Shown piece after piece: positions 1 through 9,434 of a DNA stretch of 42,404 bases. The notes beneath the pieces were generated by a model. The model did not search any database and had not been told where the DNA came from. It saw only the letters and a program-made list of their open reading frames with translations. Every line of letters begins with the position of its first letter. The stretch's first letter is position 1. This DNA is from Candidatus Bipolaricaulota bacterium. GTDB lineage: Bacteria > Bipolaricaulota > Bipolaricaulia > UBA7950 > UBA9294. The DNA lies in the NCBI GenBank assembly GCA_030612175.1, contig JAUWOJ010000002.1:1-42404 (forward strand), written 5' to 3'. The position numbers and the translations under genes were made by a program.

Positions 1-394
1 TGAAGATATAGAGATAAGAGAAGAAGATGTATCGTTCGAAGCCGTTCCACCTAAGGGGTTCCTGCTTGCCGAAGACGGTGAAGCGCGCCTTCTTGTTGAT
101 GCCAACCTAAGTGACAAGCTGCGAGAACAGGGCCTCATGCGCGAGATAATGCACAGTGTTCAATTGCTCCGCAAAGAAGCTGGTTTTGCGGTAAGCGACC
201 GCATTATCGTTGGCTATGAGACTGACAGACGACTGACTGATCTCATTACGGAGCACAGGGAAACAATTGCAGCCGAAATCCTTGCCGTCGACCTCGTCTC
301 AAGGCTAGAACAGGATTACGAATACACGGAGGAATTGACAATTGGTGCGTCAACAATCATATTTGGGCTTTCTCGCAGCGGCAAGTCAGAGTAG
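1..394 (+). CDS. ileS: isoleucyl-tRNA synthetase, C-terminal fragment (5' end lies outside the window)
   Basis: Frame 2 is open from the window edge (EDIEIREEDVSFEAVPPKGFLLAEDGEARLLVDANLSDKLREQGLMREIMHSVQLLRKEAGFAVSDRI...) to TAG at 392-394. The L..EG..RE.....Q..RK.aGf.VsDRI block is typical of the IleRS C-terminal region. Confidence 0.75.
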   Translation, partial: EDIEIREEDVSFEAVPPKGFLLAEDGEARLLVDANLSDKLREQGLMREIMHSVQLLRKEAGFAVSDRIIVGYETDRRLTDLITEHRETIAAEILAVDLVSRLEQDYEYTEELTIGASTIIFGLSRSGKSE

Positions 395-411
395 AGAACA
401 GGGAGAAAGAA

Positions 412-1686
412 ATGGCCACAGCAATTCTCGGCATGCAGTGGGGAGATGAAGGAAAGGGAAAGATTACACACCTTCTTGCTCGTGAAGCCGACATGGTAGT
501 GCGCTATAACGGTGGTCCCAATGCCGGCCATACCGTGATTGACCGCGGGGAGAAATTTGGCATACACCTGCTTCCCATGGGGTGTTTCTATCGTGATGCT
601 CGTTGTGTATTAGCAAGTGGAATGGTGATAGATATCCCTATCTTGCGCGAAGAGTATGGACTAATCGCTAACCATCTCAAATGGGAGCCCGAAATTGTCA
701 TTGCTGAAAATGCACACGTTATTCTTCCGTATCACAGACTGTTGGAGGAGCTCGAGGGTGGTGGAGCGCGTATTGGTACAACACGCAGGGGTATTGGCCC
801 TGCCTACCGTGACAAAGTTGCACGGGTAGGAATCCGGGCCGACGACCTGCTGTATCCGGTTCGCTTGCGCAAGAAGCTAGCTCAGAAGATTAGCATACTG
901 AAGCGAGCATGGCCGGGTTCTCCGGAGCTCTCTTCCCTTTCCACGGATCTGCTGGCTAAGGATCTGCTGGCCTCTGCGGAACCTTTTCTTGGGTCGATCA
1001 GGAATGCTATTCCCATCATTGCGCAGGCTTTAAACAGAGGAGAAAACGTGTTGTTTGAGGGGGCGCAAGGGGCTCTCCTTGATCTTGATTTTGGCACATA
1101 CCCGTTCGTTACCTCTTCTTCCACTACTTTTGCGGGCCTGGGCAACGCGATTGGAATCCCTCTTCCGCAAATTGATTGCCGTGTTGGAGTGATGAAAGCG
1201 TATACTACACGCGTTGGAAGAGGACCTTTTCCCACACGGATAACCGACAAACTGGGGGACTTCCTGCAACAAGCGGGGAATGAATTTGGGGTAACAACTG
1301 GACGGCCACGGGATTGTGGCTGGCTTGACTTGGTCGCGCTCAAGTATGCCGTTGCTTTGAATGATCCCACGACCCTTGCAATTACCAAGCTTGATGTGCT
1401 ATCCGGTCTAGATGAGATCAGGATGTGTGGAGCTTATCAACTCGAAGGACGCGAGACCAACACCTTTTCGGGCTCCGCTGAACAGCTAGCCCTTTGTGAG
1501 CCAATATACGAGAGCATCTCAGGATGGAAAGAGGATATTAGGGGAGTTACCGATTATGAAAGCTTGCCGCGAGCAGCTCGCGCTTACATTGAACGAATCT
1601 CACAAGAGCTGCAGGCGCCAATCGGAATTGTCTCTACGGGGCCAAGCCCCGAGGAAACAATCAACATCAGCTTTGACAGGTATTAG
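412..1686 (+). CDS. purA: adenylosuccinate synthetase
   Basis: 424 aa. Contains the N-terminal QWGDEGKGK P-loop, GGPNAGHT and TTRRGIGPAY motifs. GGGAGAAAG Shine-Dalgarno lies just upstream of the ATG. Confidence 0.97.
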   Translation: MATAILGMQWGDEGKGKITHLLAREADMVVRYNGGPNAGHTVIDRGEKFGIHLLPMGCFYRDARCVLASGMVIDIPILREEYGLIANHLKWEPEIVIAENAHVILPYHRLLEELEGGGARIGTTRRGIGPAYRDKVARVGIRADDLLYPVRLRKKLAQKISILKRAWPGSPELSSLSTDLLAKDLLASAEPFLGSIRNAIPIIAQALNRGENVLFEGAQGALLDLDFGTYPFVTSSSTTFAGLGNAIGIPLPQIDCRVGVMKAYTTRVGRGPFPTRITDKLGDFLQQAGNEFGVTTGRPRDCGWLDLVALKYAVALNDPTTLAITKLDVLSGLDEIRMCGAYQLEGRETNTFSGSAEQLALCEPIYESISGWKEDIRGVTDYESLPRAARAYIERISQELQAPIGIVSTGPSPEETINISFDRY

Positions 1687-1701
1687 TTGCCGCGTTATAA
1701 T
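1673..1701 (+). promoter_or_regulatory. sigma70-type promoter for rplM (TTGACA-N17-TATAAT)
   Basis: TTGACA at 1673-1678, a 17-nt spacer, and TATAAT at 1696-1701. It sits about 36 nt upstream of the rplM ATG and overlaps the purA stop region. Confidence 0.6.
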
Positions 1702-1737
1702 AGATATTCATAATTTGGCAATCGTGAGGGGTAAGAC

Positions 1738-2181
1738 ATGCAACGTACGTACGTGGCAAAGAAAGAAGGAGCAGGCAAGGACTGGCATCGCAATTGGTAT
1801 TTAGTTAATGCCGACGGAAAATGCCTCGGTCGCCTCGCAAGCGAAATTGCTATTATGTTGCAGGGTAAGCACAAACCGATCTATACGCCGAGCGTCGATA
1901 CGGGTGATTACATAGTAGTGATCAATTCCGAGAAGATAGCCCTAACTGGCAAGAAGTGGGAGCAGAAGCTTTACCAACGTCATAGTGGATACATCGGCGG
2001 ACTGAAGGAAATGAATTATCGTCGATTGATCGCTAGACGACCTACGCTTCCGCTCCGTGAAGCAGTACGTCGTATGCTTCCAAAGAACAATCTCAGTCGA
2101 CAAATGCTTCGCAAACTAAAGCTATACTGTGGCCCCGAACACCCACACGCTGCCCAGCAGCCGCAGGAGATCTCCCTCTAG
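1738..2181 (+). CDS. rplM: 50S ribosomal protein L13
   Basis: 147 aa. Matches the L13 pattern (WYLVNADGKCLGRLASEIAIMLQGKHKPIYTPSVDTGDYIVVINSEKIALTGKK). GAGGGG Shine-Dalgarno is present. Confidence 0.97.
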   Translation: MQRTYVAKKEGAGKDWHRNWYLVNADGKCLGRLASEIAIMLQGKHKPIYTPSVDTGDYIVVINSEKIALTGKKWEQKLYQRHSGYIGGLKEMNYRRLIARRPTLPLREAVRRMLPKNNLSRQMLRKLKLYCGPEHPHAAQQPQEISL

Positions 2182-2314
2182 AATAGCTTTCCCGTTAGAC
2201 ACATGTCATGCAGAGAGTGGACAAAACGGGAACAAGGCCCTAACTCCTTTCATCCCATTAGAACAACATCAATGCAGAATAGAGATGAGAGACATTGGTG
2301 TGAATAAAGGGGGG

Positions 2315-2956
2315 ATGATGCTTAGAGGTGTATCGTGGGTTTTGTGCGCGTGCGCAACAATATTGGTTGTTGTATCTCTGGTTGTTTCCGGGTATTCTCA
2401 AGGTCCAAGGCTTGCCGTTTATCTTGAAGCAAACTCTTCTATTCCCGCGGTCGAATTCGAGGCCCTTGGAGATTACATCAACAAGCATTCTCCGATTCTA
2501 ACCGGTGCAGTAGTCTCTAGCCCAGAAGATGTCATATATGCGCAGAGGGTTACCAATATGCGCATCGATGATGATACGTCGATAGGGCAAATGAGAGAAC
2601 TGACACGAATCCTGAATTGTGATTACCTTATTATTTTTCGTGTTGTTTCTTGGGGGACGAATATCTCTTTTAGGCCGGAGCGCTCAATGCTACTCTTAGC
2701 AACGACCGTGTTTGTCGAGTTCTTGCGTAACCCAATGTCTTTCCTCCTAAATCCGGCTGTAACACTTTTTGGGGTCGATAAGAGAGCAACAGTTACTATA
2801 GCTGCCACAGTTTATGACCCGTCAGGGAAGGCAGAATGCGGTATTGCCGTTACCCACACTGACTGCCCGGTTCTGTCAGTGTTTACGGCAGATCCGCTGA
2901 CCGCAGCGCGAGAAGCAGTAGACAAGATCCTCTATCAACTCACCGCAACCCTGTGA
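2315..2956 (+). CDS. hypothetical signal-anchored or secreted protein (213 aa)
   Basis: The track ORF 2129-2956 overlaps rplM. The plausible start is ATG 2315 or 2318, directly after AAAGGGGGG. The N-terminus MMLRGVSWVLCACATILVVVSLVVSGYSQG is a signal peptide or anchor. I recognise no family. Confidence 0.55.
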   Translation: MMLRGVSWVLCACATILVVVSLVVSGYSQGPRLAVYLEANSSIPAVEFEALGDYINKHSPILTGAVVSSPEDVIYAQRVTNMRIDDDTSIGQMRELTRILNCDYLIIFRVVSWGTNISFRPERSMLLLATTVFVEFLRNPMSFLLNPAVTLFGVDKRATVTIAATVYDPSGKAECGIAVTHTDCPVLSVFTADPLTAAREAVDKILYQLTATL

Positions 2957-3060
2957 CTTGGTTTCGACTTCGCTCTCTGTTATTGTTACAATGAATATCA
3001 GCGCAATAGATCACTGATTTGCGGCATGCAAGATGGAGTAGTGAAAGCAAGGAGGCGATA

Positions 3061-5301
3061 ATGAGAGCAGATAGGGTCGGCTTTCGTGGTTTTATCTTCT
3101 TTTGTACTCTGATGATTCTCTGTCTTTCCGTAATGGCGCTTGCCCAGGGAGAATATTCCTATGTGGTTAGGCAAGGCGGAGAACAGGTGCGAATTGAACC
3201 GATAAGTAACGTTTTGGGAGTAGTTGACTACTATGATTATGACGCGGAAAGCTTTCAGTCTGCTAACCTTGCTTTACACGAAACCAGCACAATAGTGATG
3301 TTCTTATACGAAGATACGACTACCAAGATGCTGTCGCTGTTCATGTTGGTCGATTCACCTCAAGGTGTGGGAGGAACAGCTCGGGTGAGTATGTCTGGTG
3401 TTCCCGCTGACGCGGAGTTCTTGGTTAAAGATGACGAATTCGATTTCTTCGACACTTGGAAACTAACACCACCAACCGCAATTGTCTCCTGGGGATGGAG
3501 CGAAGGGAAATGCGATGGAATGGTATTGGGCCCGCTTGCTGCTGAGGTTGACCTGGAGATAGTTATCGACCCCAGCTCAGTTTCTGGAATTGACACCGTC
3601 AGGTTTCTCAGCGGCGATATCTTATCTCCAGATGTAATCAATCTTACGCTGGACGATCCCATTCTTATTCACGAGGCCGGGGCCAGGCCCGAAGACGAGC
3701 CCGAAGCCGAGGCCGAGGCCATGAGCATGCCTCCGATCGCCACGTTCAGCGTTTCACCAGCTGACCGGTACATTGACGCAGTAACCACTTTTGACGCGAG
3801 TGAAGCTACTGCTTTCGAAGGGACAATTGCAATTTATGAATGGGATTTTGATGGGGATGACGTATTTGAAGAGTCTACTTCGGATCCCATTACTAGTCAT
3901 GTTTATGGCGCGACTGGCATTAAACATGTGACGTTACGCGCTACTGACAGTAGAGGGGCTCAATCATCCTACACTTACACCATTGATGTTTCTTCTTTCT
4001 CAGTAAAGGTAGTTCGGAGGATGTCCACAGAGCTTGCTCTGCCCGGAAGTACGTTTAAGGTAGAGGTGCAGATTGAACCACAAATGGCTCTTGGTGGAGC
4101 AGGCTTGCAGGAGATACTCCCGCTTGGCTGGGAGATTGAACCATTAGAGAATGCAGGGACTGTATTCAAGCACGCTGATAAGCAGTGGGTATTTATTGAG
4201 GACCTAGAGGCAGGAACAAGCAGAATCATCTCGTATGAAGTGACAGTTCCGGAAAGCGAAGCATTTAGCTCCACATCTTTGCCTGCCCGTTTTGGTATCA
4301 CTGGTGGCTTTCAGGTCGTAACCCCCTTTATTGACATGCTAGTTGCAGGAGAAACGGATATTGAGGTCAGCGATGGCCTGGATATTAAAACAGCAATTGC
4401 CCATCTGGTCCCCGGTAATCAGGAAGATGCGTCAGGAGATACAATCGATCTACGTCTATCAAAAAGTATTCAGCCCGGGCAACTTGACCGCGCTCTGGAA
4501 ATGTGGATGAATGACACAATTGTTCCTGCAACTCAAAGGACACGGATCGATGCACAAGCAATAAAGGATCTAATAGCCTATAGCTATACGTGTACGCCCG
4601 TTGATCAGCCGCTTCCAGTTGTTTCCATGGCAAATATCGAGTCATTGCGCACAATCTCCGCGCCTTTCCCATGTAACAACGTGCTTCTAGGCTACTATGA
4701 TAGAAATGGAAATCTTGCTGGTGACACATTCAGAGTGCGGGTGGAACTGAAAGCCGATCAGGATCTTTATGGTGTGGGGCTTTGTGAGGAAGTTCTTTCC
4801 AGCTGGAGAGTAATGCCCATAGAAAATGATGGATTCTTGTACAAAGAGAGTAGCACACAGTGGGTCTTCCTCGGCAAGGTTCCAACAGGTACGACAAAAA
4901 CAATCGTGTATGAAGTAACAGTCCCACAGAACGCAGCGATCAAACTTCCTAAGGACAGCCCGTACTACGTTACCACAAATGACGTGTATGGTGTGGTGGA
5001 TGCTGTACTTCCGCGTGTCGAGGTGATAGTTGGAGGAGCCAGTAGCGTTGGCATTGTCAGGGAACTCCCGTTGCTTGGGGCGGTTTCTCGATGGGATGTA
5101 AAGAACGATACGATTGATATTGATCTCTCCGCGTACATATCATTTGAACAGGTACAGCGCGCAATCGCTTTCTGGCTTGAAAATGAACCCGTGCCACGCA
5201 CCAACGGGCAGACTATTGACTACGAAACCATGAAGACCATCATTGCTTACTGGCTTAGCAACACAGCTGTTTGCGATCCCCTGCCAAGCGCTTTTCGTTA
5301 A
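3061..5301 (+). CDS. secreted PKD-domain surface protein with a duplicated (beta-sandwich + twin-helix) module, 746 aa
   Basis: ATG 3061 lies 5 nt after AAGGAGG; the track start at 3019 is a TTG with no SD. Signal peptide FIFFCTLMILCLSVMALAQG. Acidic PEDEPEAEAEA linker. PKD domain (WDFDGDDVFE...HVYGATGIKHVTLRATDSRG). Two copies of an unassigned module follow (see findings). Confidence 0.8.
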   Translation: MRADRVGFRGFIFFCTLMILCLSVMALAQGEYSYVVRQGGEQVRIEPISNVLGVVDYYDYDAESFQSANLALHETSTIVMFLYEDTTTKMLSLFMLVDSPQGVGGTARVSMSGVPADAEFLVKDDEFDFFDTWKLTPPTAIVSWGWSEGKCDGMVLGPLAAEVDLEIVIDPSSVSGIDTVRFLSGDILSPDVINLTLDDPILIHEAGARPEDEPEAEAEAMSMPPIATFSVSPADRYIDAVTTFDASEATAFEGTIAIYEWDFDGDDVFEESTSDPITSHVYGATGIKHVTLRATDSRGAQSSYTYTIDVSSFSVKVVRRMSTELALPGSTFKVEVQIEPQMALGGAGLQEILPLGWEIEPLENAGTVFKHADKQWVFIEDLEAGTSRIISYEVTVPESEAFSSTSLPARFGITGGFQVVTPFIDMLVAGETDIEVSDGLDIKTAIAHLVPGNQEDASGDTIDLRLSKSIQPGQLDRALEMWMNDTIVPATQRTRIDAQAIKDLIAYSYTCTPVDQPLPVVSMANIESLRTISAPFPCNNVLLGYYDRNGNLAGDTFRVRVELKADQDLYGVGLCEEVLSSWRVMPIENDGFLYKESSTQWVFLGKVPTGTTKTIVYEVTVPQNAAIKLPKDSPYYVTTNDVYGVVDAVLPRVEVIVGGASSVGIVRELPLLGAVSRWDVKNDTIDIDLSAYISFEQVQRAIAFWLENEPVPRTNGQTIDYETMKTIIAYWLSNTAVCDPLPSAFR

Positions 5302-5432
5302 TGCTACATCCCTAACGACGACGTCCAGTAGTGTTCTGGCAGGTGACTTGAAAGTGGAAATAGTCTGGGTTCTGGAAACGAGGACTGCTTGGTGGAGAAT
5401 GCCATGGCCAAGGACAAGGTAAGGAGAAGAGG

Positions 5433-6119
5433 ATGAGAACCCTGAGTGTCTTTCTTGCCGGAGCGATCATTGCGGGAATGGCATTTTCTGGCTCAGGGTT
5501 CGAGGCCGATTTTGAGCCATCAGATTACAACCCCGCTCCAGGAGAAAGTGTAGCATTTAAGGTCACCTCCTCTTATGCAACTGATGAGGCGATTTCGTAT
5601 GGATGGGATTTCGATGGTGATGGCATCTATGACATATCAACCAAGGAACCATATATAGAGTATAGCTTTCGCAACGTGGGTTATACTAGAGTCTCGCTTC
5701 AGGCAACAAGGAGCGATGGAAAGCGAGCCACACGATGTAAGGGGCTTCTGGTGGGAAACTCTGCGCTGCTTGCAGTACGTGAAGCGTTGATCGAAGAAGC
5801 AGGGACGATACTGGTGTCTCTCACTGTCGCCGCGACAACGTCGGTATTACCGGTCGCAGTGCAGGAGTCAGTTCCCATAGGCTGGCAAGTGGACATCCTG
5901 GATGCTGGGGGGAGCTTTGTGAAAATAGAGGAGCGCAGTCTACAAGCGTTGTGGCTTAGCGAAATAGGAGCCGGCAGGACAAACGTAATCTGCTACCGAT
6001 TGAAGCGATCGTTTGGCGTGGGAAATCCCGAGCTAGGCGGTGAGTTAACTGGATATGCTCAGACAACACTGATCGCCGTGCCTGTTTGTGGGGACATATA
6101 TAGCTCATGGGAGAGATAG
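5433..6119 (+). CDS. secreted PKD-domain protein, short paralog of the upstream gene (228 aa)
   Basis: Signal peptide MRTLSVFLAGAIIAGMAFSG. PKD domain (YGWDFDGDGIYD...FRNVGYTRVSLQATRSDG). One copy of the same beta-sandwich module (VQESVPIGWQVDILDAGGSF...NVICYRLK). GGAGAAGAGG Shine-Dalgarno. Confidence 0.8.
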   Translation: MRTLSVFLAGAIIAGMAFSGSGFEADFEPSDYNPAPGESVAFKVTSSYATDEAISYGWDFDGDGIYDISTKEPYIEYSFRNVGYTRVSLQATRSDGKRATRCKGLLVGNSALLAVREALIEEAGTILVSLTVAATTSVLPVAVQESVPIGWQVDILDAGGSFVKIEERSLQALWLSEIGAGRTNVICYRLKRSFGVGNPELGGELTGYAQTTLIAVPVCGDIYSSWER

Positions 6120-6125
6120 CCGTAA

Positions 6126-6620
6126 CTAGTCGTTGTTCTGTGGTCCTAGCTTAAACATGAGTCCCAACAGCAATAACGCTCCAAAACCCAGGCCTAGCGC
6201 TAAACGGAAGCTCAGATAGTAGTGGCCGCGGAGGGCAAGCACAGCCAGAAGAGAACCACCTATGCCCAGTGCTAGCGTACGAAGCAGATAGGGTCTTAGA
6301 AAGCTTCTCTGTGCCTTTCTTGGAAACGTGGCGATCTCCCTGCCGGTTACCGCGAATTCCCAGCCAATAATCACACTGCTCAGTGCGCAGACCGTTAGGT
6401 AGGGAGTTTCTCCCGATAATGTGACAATCAGAGCAAGCATGATAGACGCGAAGAACAAGACGGTCAGAGCTCTTGTCGTTGAGTCAGTCATAACAAGAAT
6501 AATCCAAAGCGCTCCGAGGAAGAGACTCGCCGCGCCAAGTATGGGCGACGTTCGATGGAATTGGGCGCCGGCGATCATCGCCATTCCGATGGAGAAGAAA
6601 AGCATGGAATAAGGTCTCAT
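6126..6620 (-). CDS. hypothetical polytopic membrane protein (164 aa), last gene of the MoxR operon
   Basis: About 5 hydrophobic spans. The start ATG forms an ATGA overlap with the stop of the DUF58 gene at 6617-6620. Confidence 0.65.
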   Translation of the reverse strand: MRPYSMLFFSIGMAMIAGAQFHRTSPILGAASLFLGALWIILVMTDSTTRALTVLFFASIMLALIVTLSGETPYLTVCALSSVIIGWEFAVTGREIATFPRKAQRSFLRPYLLRTLALGIGGSLLAVLALRGHYYLSFRLALGLGFGALLLLGLMFKLGPQNND

Positions 6621-7900
6621 CTATACCTCCTTGCTTGTCGCGACAATACCCGGCTTAGTGAATGAGACAATGGGGTGTCAGTATTCCAGTCCACAACTAC
6701 TATTCCAATACGTGTAAGCGTATCGAGCAGGAATGATCGCTTCAATCTGATGATACGCTGGGCAAACGCGAGCTTTGGATCAGCCTTGTGTTGTCTGCAT
6801 TGAGAAGGAAAGGGACGAGGCGCGACAAGTACTATCTGATAGCCACGAGCATGCAGCATTCCCAAAACCTCAATATCATCTAGCCCAGCCAAAGGACTAA
6901 GAACTACCAGTTGTGAGCGAGGAGGGAAAAAACGAGCAGGGAGCTTGTGTAGATCCTCAAATGCAGGCTTGTTTGCTGTTGTTGCGCATGACAAAGCATC
7001 AAGGATCCTTCGTTGCTGGAGTTTGCCGTATCCAGGGTAGGTCCAGTTTATGTAGTCACCATAGATGAGCAAACCAACATTGTTCCCCTGAGTCAGTAAA
7101 TGAGAGCTAATGCTTGCTGCTGCTCGTACGGCGCAGTCAAAAAGCTTCTGACTGTTGAGCGACGTATTGGCGCGCTTGCGCGCATCAAGGATTATGCTTA
7201 CATCGGCAACTCGCTCCTGTTCAAATTCGTTTATGACCAGCTCTTCTCGTTTTGCATATGCACGCCAGTTAATTCGCTTAATGTCGTCTCCTGTGACGTA
7301 GTCCCGGCAACCGAAGAAATCGAGACCAACTCCCCCAATGCCAGTCTTAACGTTTCCAGCATAGATACGAGTATTCCGGGGTCGAATCACCAATTCCTGT
7401 AGTGGCTCTATCCGTGGAAAGACGCGAAACAAGTTTTTGGCAAGCAAGAGCTCTCTGTAGAGAATGGGAATGGAAGTACCGCAAGTTACCATCTCTACAC
7501 CAGAGATGGAATGGCTCCCCCGCGGAGCCTGTATAACATAGGAAATACTTGTCTGCTCAGCTGCTGCTAGTAAAGCCAGCAAAGATGTTTCACCATCCAT
7601 GACACTGATCTCTGAAGGCAGCTTCTCCGATAATCCCAGCCATAACGCCGATGTGCCACGATTCTCAACACTGAGTGTAACGTGGATCTGTTGCCCTTCT
7701 TCAACCAAGCTAGTTTCAAGCCTACGGCAGACGGAGATCTGTGGCTTCTGGCGCATCATGTTGAAGCCAACAAGTGCACTCGCGTATACGAAAAGCGGTG
7801 CAGTCAGAGCTAGAACTCTTCCGCTTCGCAGAAGAATCCCCAATACTGACAGCGCAATGCCAGCTCCAATGTAGATAGCAAGCTTGGTTTGGACGCGCAC
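6617..7900 (-). CDS. DUF58 (vWA-like) domain protein
   Basis: 427 aa with two N-terminal TM helices. DUF58 signature RDYVTGDDIKRINWRAYAKREELVINEFEQERVADVSIILD. GTG start lies 1 nt after the MoxR stop. Confidence 0.9.
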   Translation of the reverse strand: MRVQTKLAIYIGAGIALSVLGILLRSGRVLALTAPLFVYASALVGFNMMRQKPQISVCRRLETSLVEEGQQIHVTLSVENRGTSALWLGLSEKLPSEISVMDGETSLLALLAAAEQTSISYVIQAPRGSHSISGVEMVTCGTSIPILYRELLLAKNLFRVFPRIEPLQELVIRPRNTRIYAGNVKTGIGGVGLDFFGCRDYVTGDDIKRINWRAYAKREELVINEFEQERVADVSIILDARKRANTSLNSQKLFDCAVRAAASISSHLLTQGNNVGLLIYGDYINWTYPGYGKLQQRRILDALSCATTANKPAFEDLHKLPARFFPPRSQLVVLSPLAGLDDIEVLGMLHARGYQIVLVAPRPFPSQCRQHKADPKLAFAQRIIRLKRSFLLDTLTRIGIVVVDWNTDTPLSHSLSRVLSRQARRYR

Positions 7901-7901
7901 C

Positions 7902-8852
7902 TCAATCGACCTTGGGAACAGGAATACTGCTAAGGATGTTCTCCATGACGTTAGTTGGGGTGAGTTTCTTTGACCACAATTCTGGGCTAAGAATTAGTCG
8001 GTGAGCTAGGGCGGGCACCGCAAGGATCTTGACATCGTCAGGAAGCACATAGTCACGGCCTTCAATTGCTGCGTGCGCGCGGGAGAGCTTCAACAAGGCG
8101 AGCGATCCTCGAGGGCTTGCTCCTACGTAAATACTTGGATCGGTGCGCGTCTTCGCGACAATGGAAACAATGTATGATGCGATATCAGGGTGGACAAAAA
8201 CATCTTCCACGGCGCTGCGCATTGTCAGTAGCTCGTCGCTATCTATGATTGGGTTCAGTGCGATGTCGTCATTCTTGCGCTCCTGTCGCCGGCGTAGAAT
8301 CTCTACTTCTCCGTCGTGATCAGGATAACCAACAAGAAGGCGCACCATGAACCGGTCAAGCTGGGCCTCAGGAAGAGGAAACGTTCCTTCATATTCGATT
8401 GGATTCTGGGTCGCAATCACTATGAATGGTGACGGAAGCGGGTGCGTCTCTCCGCCGATTGTTACCTGGGATTCCTGCATTGCTTCAAGGAGCGCGGATT
8501 GGGTTTTTGGGGTCGCTCTATTGATCTCGTCACCGAGGATGATGTTGGCGAATATTGGACCAGCGGCAAAAGTGAAGGATCGTTTCACTGTGTCAAAAAT
8601 GTGGGAACCCGTGATATCACTTGGTAGCAGATCCGGAGTGAACTGGATTCGCTTGAATTCAATCCCGAGTACACGTGCAAAACTTCGTGCGATCAGCGTT
8701 TTAGCGAGGCCAGGATAATCCTCAAAAAGGATGTGCCCAGCCGCGAGAATCGCCACCATTGCTTGATGTAGGACTTCTTCTTTTCCAACGATTGCTTTTG
8801 CTACTTCGTCAAGGACTTGCTGCGAGCGTAGCTTTACGCGGCTTATCTGCAT
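7902..8852 (-). CDS. MoxR-family AAA+ ATPase
   Basis: 316 aa. Walker A region GLAKTLIARSFARVLGIEFKRIQFTPDLLPSDITG and Walker B LGDEINRATPKTQSALLEAMQE are typical of the AAA_3/MoxR family. Confidence 0.95.
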   Translation of the reverse strand: MQISRVKLRSQQVLDEVAKAIVGKEEVLHQAMVAILAAGHILFEDYPGLAKTLIARSFARVLGIEFKRIQFTPDLLPSDITGSHIFDTVKRSFTFAAGPIFANIILGDEINRATPKTQSALLEAMQESQVTIGGETHPLPSPFIVIATQNPIEYEGTFPLPEAQLDRFMVRLLVGYPDHDGEVEILRRRQERKNDDIALNPIIDSDELLTMRSAVEDVFVHPDIASYIVSIVAKTRTDPSIYVGASPRGSLALLKLSRAHAAIEGRDYVLPDDVKILAVPALAHRLILSPELWSKKLTPTNVMENILSSIPVPKVD

Positions 8853-9434
8853 TCATACCCTCCGTTGATAGTCTTCAAGAAAACTAATTGTCTGTTCCAA
8901 TTGCTCACCAAAGTTGCGACCTCTTCTCCTCTCATATCTGAGTTTGTAGCAGTCGAAAAACTGTCTTACTATCGGCTTTTCGCACCAGTCGCCTGACTCA
9001 AATCTCAGACGCGCTTCTTCAAGAGAAACGCCCTCTTTCCAGGCGATCATCCTGATTGCCAGCGCAGCTAGCTCTCCGGTAAGCCTGAGGCGGGAAAACA
9101 CATGGTGATGAGCTCGACCAACCAATTCAGCAAGGATGTCCAGATCATCTTTTTGTGGCACTAGCAGCACTCGGCTGTGGGGCTGGCGCACAGCTCCAGT
9201 AAAAACGCGAAGGTAGGCACGCAGAAGGAACAGAGCAGGAACCAAGGTAATGATGCTCCACAGCCACAACTCGGGAACCCGAAGAGCATACCAGCGAATC
9301 GTGTAATATCCTGTGATGACTGGGTCGAGAATAGCAGTGCGCAGAAAATCCTGCAAGAAGAGCAGAAATGCAATGGTCACACACAGCGTCAGGAGAAGGC
9401 TTGTGATCAGGATAATCGCTCTACGTGTGTTCAT
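8853..9434 (-). CDS. hypothetical membrane protein (193 aa) in the MoxR operon
   Basis: The preferred start is ATG 9434, which forms an ATGA overlap with the upstream stop (9431-9433); the track start at 9479 would overlap 49 nt. It has two or three TM helices and then a helical soluble domain. Its stop abuts the MoxR ATG. Confidence 0.6.
   Translation of the reverse strand: MNTRRAIILITSLLLTLCVTIAFLLFLQDFLRTAILDPVITGYYTIRWYALRVPELWLWSIITLVPALFLLRAYLRVFTGAVRQPHSRVLLVPQKDDLDILAELVGRAHHHVFSRLRLTGELAALAIRMIAWKEGVSLEEARLRFESGDWCEKPIVRQFFDCYKLRYERRRGRNFGEQLEQTISFLEDYQRRV

Noticed and set aside
882-1388. Long antisense ORFs inside well-supported genes: 882-1388 in purA, 16643-17080 in the AOR gene, 18709-19140 in gyrB, 25660-26088 in glyS and 22111-22416 by murE.
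   Set aside because: Each lies fully opposite a highly conserved coding frame and has an Arg/Ser/Pro-rich composition typical of antisense frames. None has translation signals.
2129-2314. The upstream part of ORF 2129-2956, which overlaps the end of rplM.
   Set aside because: It overlaps L13 coding sequence in another frame and encodes a low-complexity Arg/Ser/Pro-rich peptide. A signal-peptide-bearing start with an SD exists at 2315.
6117-6128. Convergent stop codons only 6 bp apart (PKD gene at 6119, membrane gene at 6126) with no room for a terminator.
   Set aside because: The observation is real but unremarkable in compact genomes, and no additional signal lies in the junction.
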